The notes beneath the pieces were generated by a model. That model made no database searches. It was given only the letters and a program-made list of their open reading frames with translations, and was not told where the DNA came from. Shown here one piece after another: positions 13,761 through 24,573 of a stretch of 64,000 bases of DNA (position 1 is its first letter; each line of letters begins with the position of its first letter). Source of the DNA: Podarcis gaigeae. Lineage: Eukaryota. The stretch lies in the NCBI GenBank assembly GCA_964106915.2, contig OZ066926.1; one strand, 5' to 3'. The position numbers and the translations under genes are program-made.

Positions 13761-14115
13761 GGGACGTGGGTGGCGCCGTGGGTTAAACCACAGAACCTAG
13801 GACTTGCCGATCAGAAGGTCGGTGGTTCGAATCCCCGCGACGGGGTGAGCTCCCGTTGCTCGGTTCCAGCTCCTGCCAACCTAGCAGTTCAAAAGCATGT
13901 CAAAGTGCAAGTAGATAAATAGGTACTGCTCTGGCGGGAAGGTAAACGGCGTTTCCATGCGCTGCTCTGATTTCACCAGAAGCAGCTTAGACATGCTGGC
14001 CATATGACCCGGAAGCTGTACGCCGGTTCCCTCGGCCAATAAAGCAAGATGAGCGCTGCAACCCCTGAGTAGGTCTAGACTGGACCTAATGGTCAGGGGT
14101 CCCTTTACCTTTACC
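13761..14115 (+). mobile_element. Full-length Sauria SINE
   Basis: GGGACG..TGGCGCCGTGGGTTAAACC head, B-box GGTTCGAATCCC, (ACCTTT)n tail; TSD CTAGG(T/C)TTTATGACA. Confidence 0.9.
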
Positions 14116-14451
14116 TAGGCTTTATGACAGAGGTGGAGAAGTGATCCTCATGTCCCCTCCATCCTCTGTGGCTTTTCTTTGATAGGTGAGCAGAACCGCC
14201 CACCTGTCAATCACCTGGTGTCAGAATGTCACTAGGTGATGTATTTTGCTTTGGTTTGAAATCAGACCACTGCAGGCAAAGGACTTCAGGGGCAGAGGGG
14301 GGAGATGGGAGACAGGACAGTCTTGCAGTGTTTAGGCAGCGAACTGAAGCGAGTGACTCTTTAGTCCCTACCAACTCTCCACATTGGCAACTCTCCAGAA
14401 CTAATCAGGTTAGGGGGGAAAGGAGCTTGCTTTTTAGGACCACTATCCTCA

Positions 14452-14691
14452 TTGCTAGGTTGGCAGGAGCTGGGACCGAACAAAGTGCAAGTAGATAAAT
14501 AGGTAAATGGCGTTTCCATGTGCTGCTCTGGTTTCGCCAGAAGCGGCTTAGTCATGCTGGCCACATGACCCGGAAAAACTGTCTGCGGACAAACGTCGGC
14601 TCCCTCAGCCAGTAAAGCGAGATGAGCGCCGCAACCCCAGAGTCATCCAAAACTGGACTTAACTGTCAGGGGTCCTTTACCTTTACCTTTT
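14452..14691 (+). mobile_element. 5'-truncated/rearranged Sauria SINE
   Basis: AAGTGCAAGTAGATAAATAGG core and TTTACCTTTACCTTT tail. Confidence 0.8.
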
Positions 14692-14808
14692 ATCCTCATT
14701 GCATTAATCACTGCCTCAGCCACCCTCCTAATACAATGTCCGGGGCAGCCGCCCCTACCATTAGGCAAAGTGAGGCAACCTCATCAGGTGGCAAATGCTG
14801 CCTGTTTC

Positions 14809-15164
14809 GAGACAGCGGAAGAAGATTGGAAGAAATTTAAGGACTATCTTAAGAAACATTGCAAAATAAATGAATGTTAGAACGATGTTGGTTTAGAAAT
14901 TAGGTGGTTTCTAGCTGTAATGATTATATAAATAAGAAAAGAAAAATTGAAAATCAATAGAAAATTTGGGAGGGATTTGCTGAGATTAATTAATTAGAAA
15001 TTGGAATACAGAAAGGGGAGGTATGAGGAGGTCGGGAAACTAAGGTATAAGAAAATAAGGGATTGAAATTATACTTGTTGTGGTATGTGTTTTGTTTGTA
15101 TTTTTTGTTATTTTTTATTTTTATATAACATTTTGGAAACTTCAATAAATATCTTTTTTTAAAA
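14809..15164 (+). mobile_element. L1-clade LINE 3' fragment
   Basis: ORF2 C-terminus-like EEDWKKFKDYLKKHCKINEC*, AATAAA and A tail; 16-bp TSD AAATGCTGCCTGTTTC (14793-14808 / 15165-15180). Confidence 0.75.
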
Positions 15165-15725
15165 AAATGCTGCCTGTTTCTCATGACTCTTCCTGACAGA
15201 GCTGTGTATGGCACATGGCTTGATCCAGCCTCCCAAACTAGCCAGCTTCCCCAGGTGTGGTCAGAGGTGGTTTTAGGATAGTGTGACCAGTTTGGCCGGA
15301 CTATGTGCTGTGCTGCAAGGGGCGCCACGGCAATGCTGTAGAACGGAGCGCAAGAGGCAGGAGGTGGCAAATTTTAGCATCGCATTGGGCGCCACTGAAA
15401 TTGGAGAGCCCGAAGTCTGCCACTGGAGTTTCCGAGGCCCCTATCTCATTGATGAAGTCAGATTGAACAGCCAGCCCACTTGGATTTGCCTCAGGCAGCC
15501 ACATGCTTTGGGCTAGCCCTGACAATGTCTGCTGCGTGTCACAGTGTTTTTACAGTGTTTTTACTTTGCATTAGTGGGTGGGGAATCTGGCTTTTCGTTA
15601 AGAACATAAGAGCCACGCTGGATCAGGCCAGTGACCAATCTAGTCTGTCATCTTGTTGTTGCAGATGCCTATGGGAAGCCCAAAAGCAATACCTGAGCAC
15701 AACTGTTTAAATCAGGCATATGCAA

Positions 15726-16168
15726 TCTGGGAGAGGAGATGGTAGAAGAAGATTGGAAGAAATTCAAGACCTACCTACAGAAACATTGTAAACTGTATGA
15801 ATGTTAAGAAGGATGCTAGATTATAAATAACTTGGCACCATTAAGTTAGGTGAAGTGATATATGAAGATAAGTTAAACTTAAGAAAAGACGAATTTTGGA
15901 TAAATATTAGGCTAAATTTAAATTTTTAAGGTTTGAATAAATGATATCAAAAATTTGAGACACAACACTGGAAAATTAGATAATAAGAATGGAAATAAGG
16001 TGATAAATTGCTGGTTAGATATTTATAAATTAGGAACGCAGGAGTGGGAGATGCGAGGGAGTCCAAAGAAGTTAAGAAAATATGTCATGATATGTGTTAT
16101 TTTGTTTCTTTATTTGTATTGTAATTTATAAAAAAAAACCTTCAATAAATATTTATATAAAAAATAAA
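15726..16168 (+). mobile_element. L1-clade LINE 3' fragment inserted in the end of a MITE
   Basis: EEDWKKFKTYLQKHCKLYEC*; AATAAA and A-rich tail; TSD TAAATCAGGCATATGCAA. Confidence 0.75.
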
Positions 16169-16173
16169 TAAAT

Positions 16174-16309
16174 CAGGCATATGCAAACTCGACCCTCCAT
16201 ATGTTTTGGGACTACAATTCCCATCATTCCTGACCACTGGTCCTGTTAGCTAGGGATGATGGGAGTTGTAGGCCATAAACATCTGGAGGGCCGAGTTTGC
16301 CTATGCCTG
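16174..16309. mobile_element. hAT/MER5-like MITE
   Basis: TIRs CAGGCATATGCAAACTCG...CGAGTTTGCCTATGCCTG; internal GGACTACAATTCCCATCA / TGATGGGAGTTGTAG inverted pair. Confidence 0.75.
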
Positions 16310-16929
16310 GTTTAAATCAATACACCTCAGCATCTGTTTCTGAGATCTAGTTCTCTGTGAGGGACAGGGAACCTGTGGTGCTCCAGTTGTTGTACTCCAA
16401 CTCCCATCAGCCCCAGGCAGCATGGCCAAAGGTCAGGAGTGATGGGAGTTGTAGTTCAGCAAGATCTGGAGGGCCACAGCTTCCCCAGCCATCCTTTGGA
16501 GGCTACAGGTGACCTTACTCATGTATGTTATGGGGTCCGTACACTGGGGTGAAGCTTTATCATCAGCCCATGGGCTTCCTTCCTTCGTGGACAACCTTCT
16601 GCATGTCAAGAGATAGGCGTGGCCAAAGGCTGCCATGGGCAGAGCAAGGGACATGACTCTCATTTTTGTACCGTCGGCTCCATTCCACCCATGAAAACTC
16701 CAGAGGTTTCTAAACAGGCACCAATCTTTACATCAGCCATCCAGGCAAACAAGACACATAATGAAGGTATCAAGGACACAAGCCAACCAGCCAAAAGCAT
16801 GCACTGAAGGTGCAGAGTGAGGCCCAGGGAGAGTTCTGAGGACCTAATGATGAATGGAGAGCCACATTTGCCCCTGCCCCAGATCTAAGGTTCCTTAACT
16901 GTGTTGCTAAACCTATCTGTCCAGCTGGC

Positions 16930-17098
16930 CAGTGGCGTAGCGTGGGGGGTGCTGGGGGGGCCGGCCGCACCAGGCGCAACATCTGGGGGTTAGGGTTAGG
17001 GGGTGCAAATCCACAGGTTAGGGGGCGCAAATCCACGGGTTAGGGGGTGCAAATTACTTGCCTTGCCCCGGGTGCTGACAACCCACGCTATGCCACTG
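16930..17098. mobile_element. hAT-type MITE carrying TTAGGG-containing tandem repeats
   Basis: TIRs CAGTGGCGTAGCGTGGG...CCCACGCTATGCCACTG; perfect 8-bp TSD CAGCTGGC. Confidence 0.85.
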
Positions 17099-18033
17099 CA
17101 GCTGGCTCCCTCCCGTTGCCCCTGGGATCTCAGTGCCCCTGATTATTAGTTGCTTCTCCCTCCCTCCCTCCTGCTGCTAGCTGGATGCCACAGACAATTC
17201 AGGTAACCCAGCCCCTTCTCCCCCTATGCTTGGGCTGAGTTTTGGGGCTTTCAAAAAGGCATTTTCCTTCAAGTGCATCAGTCACAGCAGCAAAAGAGGG
17301 GGGAAATGCTTCACTCTCCTTGTGACTCCTAGCCTCTGCCCCTCTCTCTTGGTTCGCCACATTGCTTACCTCTCCTGGTCTCATTTATTCCATGTATAAC
17401 ACTGTGCATATGATGTGTCCTGCTGGACAAGATTAAGCAGACCTTGTCTGATTCAAGGCTGAGACAGGGGAGCAGAGCTCCCTCTGCTGGCGATGACCCA
17501 CACTGGTTCATTTTACTCCTGGGAAATGTTGTTCAGGGCTACAGAGAGAGTGCCAGAATGTTTGAAGGGTGAGGCTCTTGTTGTGGGGCTGCGTGCGCAT
17601 GCGCACAAAAGCAAAGGGAACCCCAATGAGCCTGCCAGCAGCTCTGGTGTTCAATGCGATTACGAGAAGGGGGGAAACTTGCAAGTGAACACACCAGGGT
17701 TGTTTCTTTAAAAATAAATCAACAGCACTTGGAGAAAGTAGACCCACATCCTTGCTCCTTTAGCAGTCTGCTTTCCTCTGCAGCCCCTATCCCAGTAGGC
17801 AGCCCTGTCCATTGACATCTCTAAATTGTCCCTCCTTGTCAGATGCATGAGACTATCTGAGTTCCCAGACTGTAGTCTGAGGACCACCAGTGGCCCATGA
17901 GCTTCCTTCAAAGTGGTCCATGGCATGTTGGTAAAAAAATGGCAGTGGCTGTGAGTGGTTGGGTGCAGGGACCTTTCCTGTGTTCTCAGAACCCAGCAGT
18001 CTGGCCTGCCTGGAAGGTGAAAGGGACAGAGTC

Positions 18034-18176
18034 AATGGAATAGCTCAGTCGGTAGAGCAGAAGACTCTTAATCTCTGGGTCAAGGGTTCAAGCCCCGCAT
18101 TCAGCAAAATATTGCTGGGGCTAGATGACCCCCCCCCCACCCTTGCTGATCCCTTCCAACTTTTACAGTTCCATGA
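18034..18176 (+). mobile_element. tRNA-Lys(CTT)-derived SINE with CR1-type tail
   Basis: TAGCTCAGTCGGTAGAGCA..GACTCTTAATCT..GGGTTCAAGCCCC then GGGGCTAGATGACC..CCCTTCCAAC..CCATGA. Confidence 0.75.
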
Positions 18177-19245
18177 AGGGAGTGGAGAGGATTATCATCG
18201 CAAAAGACAGAGCGACAGGAAGAGAGAGGAGGCAAATTGAAGGTGTGGTAAAGGTCTACAGAATTTAACACCAGTTGAAATCTGCTTATTTATTGGAATG
18301 GTTTTTAATAACTTTTAAAATTGTTTTATCACTTGTGGTTTGCTGCCCTGGGCTCCTTTGGGAGGAAGGATGGGGGGTGGGGTATAAATTAAATAAATAA
18401 TGATTTAAAATGAAATACAATATAGAAGAAATAAAAGAAGTGTTAAAAGTGGCTGGGGAAACCCAGCCAGATGGGTAGGGTATAAATCATAATAGTAGTA
18501 GTAGTAGTAGTAATAGTAATAATTAAAATACAAATCATAGAGCATCTACCACAGCACATTCTAAATTATCACTATGGGCCAAAAAAAAAGCATTAAGTGG
18601 TCCACCAACACTCTCTGCAATTTTCAAGTGGTCTGCTGGAGAAAAAGAAGAAGTAACTAACCTAAATGTGCTGAGTCGAGGACTTTCAATGATGATTGAA
18701 TTATTCTCTCATGCTCTCCAGCTATCTTCACAGGTACTTTGCAATCTGGGCAATTAAAAAGTATGGTGTTTTCCCTATCCACTCTTATGTGGTTTTATGG
18801 GCAAAAATAAAAATAAAAATCCCCATTAATGACCATGAAAGATATGCCAGATCACTTTGATCCATCTAAGCCCAGCCATCTAAAGTGGCAGTTTCTCTCC
18901 AGCCAAGGTCTTTCCCCATATTGGCTTACCGTGACATTTCTTTTTAAAAAAAAAAAACGGGATGGTGGGAGTTGAACCCAGGACATTCTCTATGAAAACC
19001 ATGTGCTCTTACCACAGAGCTATGGGAAGAAGAAAGAGAACATTTAAAGCTGCTAGGTGGTTGATCCCTCTCGCCCTGCTACAACCAGCATGGTCTCCTT
19101 TGTAGTAGTCTATCTGTTAAGTATTCTTTGTTGGCTGGGGGACTGCATGCTGAGATTCCTGCATTTCAGGGGGTTGGACTAGATGACCCCCAGCCCCAGG
19201 GATCCCTTCCAATTCTAGGATTCCAGGCCTTGGTAATAGTCATCC

Positions 19246-19263
19246 TTCGCCATCTGGTGGCCA
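19246..19263 (-). promoter_or_regulatory. Candidate CTCF site (reverse)
   Basis: Minus strand TGGCCACCAGATGGCGAA, near consensus, with an upstream GCAGTG motif. Confidence 0.65.
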
Positions 19264-21219
19264 TGTGTCCTCACTGCGCTTGGAAGGGATGCATCTGCTA
19301 TCATTTGTTATGCACACTCTGCTCATTCCAAGGGCCAGCAGTCCTTGCAATCCCTGTGAGGCTACATAACCCCAGCCAGGGTTTCAGCCCCTGCTGTCCA
19401 CACACGCCCTTGTGGGTGGTAGCTGCGGTATCCAGGGGCAGGGAGTGGCCAGCAGGGAAGAGACGGCTGAGGCTTTCTTTATGCAGGAAGACTTCTGGTT
19501 GTGCACTACGGGGTGCAACTGAGACTTCTGCTCAAGGGCACAAAGGCAGACATGACATTTGAGGGTAGTGAGGTTTTCCATAATTGTACTGCTATGCTCT
19601 GCCCAACCCACTTCCACCAAACAGTGAGGAGCTCCAGGATGCAGCAGATTCAGTTTTCTTTGGTAGGAGGTAAACGGAGGCTTACTGACGTTTTTGTAAT
19701 ATTTGCATTTGTTTACAGGTTGAGCATAGGTAGAGGCATCTGGTTTAAGCAAGACAAAGACAAAGAGCTTCTGTTGGTTCTGCATCAGATGTTTACTAGG
19801 GAGACAGGGCCCCAGGGTCGCACTTGGAAATCTACGCAAATGTAATGGTCACCGCAAAATGCTTATTCCGTACAAGAAAAACCGCTGTAGCTTGGTGCCT
19901 CCCCCTCAAAAAAACACACCAGGAAAACAGCTACCTCACTTCCAAAATAAAACACAAATAGTAAAGTCACCACCCTGAGAAACAAGCCATCCAGCTCAAA
20001 GAGAAAGAAGTTCAAACATTTCTAAAAGTAAAAGATAAAAAATATATATTTGGGAGCTGCAAGGGATCTTGGCAGGCCCCAAGGGGGTGCCTGAGGCTGC
20101 CACAGAGTCCATATTGGGGACCCCAGTAATAGTGGGTATTATATACACATAGCTATAAGGGATCAGGGGTGTGTGAGGTGTTAGGGGAGTAGTACCTCTG
20201 GTGGGGGACATGTTATGCTCCTTCTGGGGCACTTTGTCCTTTCACCCCTACCCTGCACTGCGCTCTCACCTGCGGCTCCTAGAAGCTGCCAGTATGTGAC
20301 AGAGCCACACCTGGGAGTGTCTTTGACTGGCTGGCTAAGCCATGTGAGGGGAGCCAAGGTGTCTCAAACCCTCAGTGAGTAAGGGATTTCCTCTGCGTGT
20401 GAATACAGGCTCCAGTGGACTGAGCGGATGAGATCAATAGCGGGTCCGATGGTCAAGAAGGCGGTTTCTGCACATATAGAAGTGAGGGGCAGATGGGGCT
20501 TCTCAATTTGGGAAAGTAGCCCATCTAGGAGAAGGAAAACTCTGGTCCTAAACCTCCGCTGCATTGTGGGACATCTTCAGGAGAAGAAAAGGCAAAAGAG
20601 TAAACCCTACACAAATCCAGAGTGGACTCACTAAAACACAGTTATGCCTCCTTGCGACAACTCCTGTTGCCCAATATTTTGCTCTGCTATCCTCTGGACC
20701 ACATCAGCGAGGCCGAGAGGGAGGCCTTGTTGTCTGGGCAGCCCAGGACCTCCATGCGCACTGCCCAGGCTTGTGCCCCGAGGAACTCACTTTAGTGCTG
20801 CTTACATAGCAATTTGACTTCACCCCCGGAGGTGTTCTCCATCGTCTCTTGATACAGACGGCTGCCAACAACAACATAATGGATCAGCACACATTTTTGG
20901 ATTCTCTCTGGGGGTGTAGCGCAGAGGGTTGTCACGGGGAGCTCCTGAAATCCACCACAACAACTCTGATGGCAGCTGCTGCAATCGCCACCGCCTCCCC
21001 TCCCTCCCACCATTGCTGTCCCCAAGCTAGAGAGAGGGAGCTGTTTGCAAGGCGCTTTGTTCCCCAACAGGAATGGGGTGCGGGTGGGGAGTGGAGATGG
21101 TGGCCATGGAGCAGCTGGCCAGGAGGAGGAAGAGGGGGCTGCAACAGATGTCAGCATTTGATACGCTGCTATACGGAGCTCAAAGCACATTTGCAGTTCT
21201 GGGGGCCTCTTTTTGACTA

Positions 21220-21318
21220 ACGTCTGTTATGTGATATTTTACTGTATTTTTGGTTTTTATGGAAGCCGCCCGGAGTGGCTGGGGAGGCCCAGCCAGATGG
21301 GCGGGGTATAAATAATAA

Positions 21319-21367
<49 letters not shown>
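21220..21367 (+). mobile_element. L2-type LINE 3' end with (ATT)n tail
   Basis: GCCGCCCGGAGTGGCTGGGG..CCAGCCAGATGGGCGGGGTATAAATAATAAA followed by (ATT)n. Confidence 0.7.
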
Positions 21368-21368
<1 letters not shown>

Positions 21369-22369
21369 GTCATAGAGCTTCACTGATTACTTTAGGCTTG
21401 CATACATACCCCATCAGAAACACATTCCCCCCCACACAAACAAAATAATATTTGGAACTGTATCTCTGTGATAGGAAAACTACAGCTCCCAAGATTCTTT
21501 GGAGGTGGGATGTATGCTTTCAATTTCCTTTTAGTGCATGGTGTGTGGGCAGCCTAGGAGAGACTGCCCACAGAATGATCCAGAAGAGAGATGATCCACG
21601 AGGACCTCAGTGTTTGGATTGAGAACTGTAGCAGAGCTGAAAAGCTGCTGTGGAGAATTCTAAACATCCTCCCCCAGTGTTCAATATATCACAAAATTCC
21701 TTTGTACCTTAAGCAATAGCCTAGGGGGGTTCTGAAACAGTTAAAGAATTCTAAAAACAATCGCAGTGAAAAACATCTAAAAGCAGTTACAGCTGAAAAC
21801 ATTCTAAATGCAATGACAGTAAATAGCATTCTTCTGTCCAATGATCACAGAGTTGCCTGGAACAATATTCTTGAACCACCAAATGCCTGGGTAAACAGGC
21901 TTGTTTACGTATTCCTCCGGCTATTTAATAATGATGGATGCAGGCATGCACGTCACGAGGGAGGACATTCCACAACGAGGGGGGGCTACCACTGAAAAGG
22001 CCCTGTTAGTGTGAGTTGCTGGCATTGTCAGCTGCCTCTTCAGACTCTCTGGGGCCTTCTGTACTCCTGCTTGAGCTGCTCTCCAGGGACTGCTCACTGT
22101 TGATGGGTAGGACCCCCATGTTCTCTTCTTGGGGTTCTTTGATGGGAAAAGAGAAGAAGGGAGTCTCTGTCAGCTCCGGGCTGTAAGCATCCTTTCCAAC
22201 ATGTAAGGCTGGGCCACTAGGGTGAGTGGAGTGCTGCCTCGCCAACTTCAGTGTGCACTCAGCCCATTTTCTTACTTGCAACCAGCCCAGAGGGTGGCCC
22301 TGGCTGCCAACATCCTCCTTAAGCCACATTGATGCCCTACATTTTAAGCACCATGATATTACTTTAACC

Positions 22370-22611
22370 CATGGATAGGCAAACTAAGGCCCGGGGGCTG
22401 GATCAGGCCCAATCGTCTTCTAAATCCGGCCCATGGACAGCATGTTTTTACATGAGTAGAATGTGTCCTTTATTTAAAATGCATGTCTGGGTTATTTGTG
22501 GGGCATAGGAATTCATTTTTTCCCCTTTTTTTCAAAATATAGTCCAGCCCCCCAAAAGGTCTGAGGGACAGTAGACTGACCCCCCCTGCTGAAAAAGTTT
22601 ACTGACGCCTG
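22370..22611. mobile_element. hAT/Charlie-like MITE
   Basis: 8-bp TSD CTTTAACC on both sides; GGCCC-rich subterminal motifs. Confidence 0.75.
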
Positions 22612-22736
22612 CTTTAACCCATCATTCTTCCCTCAAAGAATCCTGGAAGCTGTAGTTTGTTATGGATACTAAGAAAAGTTGGGAAACACCCCACCCACAT
22701 TCCACTCGCAGAGCTACAGTTCCCAGAGTTTCCTGT

Positions 22737-23093
22737 GAAGGTAAAGGTAAAGGGAACCCTGACCGTTAGGTCCAGTCGTGACCGATTCTGGGGTTGCAGT
22801 GCTCATCTTGCTTTATTGGCCGAGGGAGCTGGCATACAGCTTCCGGGTCATGTGGCCAGCATGACTAAGCCGCTTCTGGCAAACCAGAGCAGTGCATGGA
22901 AACCCCGTTTACCTTCCCACCAGAGTGGTACCTATTTATCTACTTGCACTATGAGGTGCTTTCGAACTGCTAGGTTGGCAAAAGCAGAGACCGAGGAACA
23001 GGAGCACACCCTGTCGCGGGGATTTGAACCGCCGACCTTCTGATTGGCAAGTCCTAGGCTCTGTGGCTTAACCCACAGCACCACCCGCGTCCC
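22737..23093 (-). mobile_element. Sauria SINE
   Basis: AAGGTAAAGGTAAAGG tail on + and CACCACCCGCGTCCC head. Confidence 0.9.
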
Positions 23094-24162
23094 TTTTTCC
23101 CCTGTGAAGAGGGATTGCCTATTACTCCACTCTAGGAATTGGCCCAAGGGGCTCCGGGCATCACTGCTTTCCACCACACCACAGATGAAAACAGCAGCAT
23201 GCTTGTAGTATTATTTTGTTAAGATCTTCCTATTCACTTTTCTGGAAGGGGCAAATATTTTTGTATTCCTACACATCTTTTTTTGGAGGGGGGATGGTAC
23301 ACCTGGTGCCTGTTAAGTACCAGCTGTCTGGATGCCCTCAAAGAAGAGGAGCTGAATAGCCAATTGAACAACAGTAACAAAACTTCCCAGGATTCACAGG
23401 CGGCCTTTGTGTGATGCCTGATCACCAGGCCGGCCAAATCATCCCTGCCAAATTGCCAATTCAAGCTCAGCGTTTTGTACTGGGAAGCCTGACGGAGGCA
23501 AAACGGCTTTTTATTGACACATGGCACTCAAACGTACAGACTGGCTGTCGGGTTTCAGGCACCATTAAGGAGAGCAGAGTGGACCGTAGCCAGATCTGAC
23601 CCAGGAGCCGCCCTCTACCAGGAAGATCACCTTCAGGGAAATGAATGAGAAATGCACAAGAACTTGGCAAAATTATGCTTTTCCCCCCTCCTGCATTTCC
23701 AGTTCATTTATGTGGGGCTTGCTCTAGAGATCTTCCTAATGCACCCCACTGGGTGCTGTAGGCTCTTACTCCTTACATGCTGTCCAGGCTTGCACCCCAG
23801 AGAGGTCATTTGGGTGCCGCTAACACAGAAGTTTGGCTTCACCCTGGAGGCACACTCCATTGTCTCTTGAGACAGACAGGTGCCAACAAGCTTTTCCTTA
23901 GAAAGCAAAAGAAAGTAGTTCAGAGCATCTGCTTTGTATGCAGAGGCTCCCAGGTTCAGACTCTGGTATCTGCAGATAGGAGTGGAAAATCTAGAAGGCC
24001 AGTGCTCTGACCAAGTGAAAAGCATCTTTTTATATTCCTATTAGAAATAAAGGGTGGTGGTCCCGGGTTTTTAGGGGCAGCTGCAGTCCAGTGGTTGACC
24101 ACCTGCTTTGCATGCAAAAGTTCCTGTGTTCAATTCTTTGGCATCTCCCTACATGACCTGAA

Positions 24163-24573
24163 AGGGATGCAGGTGGCACTGTGGGTTAAACCACAGAGCC
24201 TTGGACTTGCCGACCCGAAGGTCAGCGGTTCGAATCCCCACGACGGGGTGAGCTCCCGGTGCTCAGTCCCTGCTCCTGCCAACCTAGCAGTTCAAAAGCA
24301 TGTTAAAGTGCAAGTAGATAAATAGCTACCACTCCGGTGGGAAGGGAAACAGCGTTTCCGTGTGCTGCTCTGGTTCGCCATGCTGGCCACATGACCCGGA
24401 AGCTGTATGGCGGTTCCCTCGGCCAATAAAGCGAGATGTGCGCCGCAACCCCAGAGTCACATGACCCGGAAGCTGTATGGCGGCTCCCTCGGCCAATAAA
24501 GCGAGATGTGCGCCACAACCCCAGAGTCAGCCACGACTGGACCTAATGGTCAGGGGTCCCTTTACCTTTACCT
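24163..24573 (+). mobile_element. Sauria SINE with a 70-bp internal tandem duplication
   Basis: Head, B-box and ACCTTT tail; repeat units 24388-24457 and 24458-24527. Confidence 0.9.

Noticed and set aside
18034-18107. Possible tRNA-Lys(CTT) gene
   Set aside because: The acceptor stem does not pair, there is no oligo-T terminator, and a CR1-type tail follows, so it is a SINE head.
20090-20840. Possible RTE-related repeat
   Set aside because: It looks repeat-derived, but boundaries, TSD and family could not be established by eye.
23300-23880. Possible minus-strand exons (acceptor near 23630, donor near 23774)
   Set aside because: All frames stop quickly or give unrecognisable peptides.
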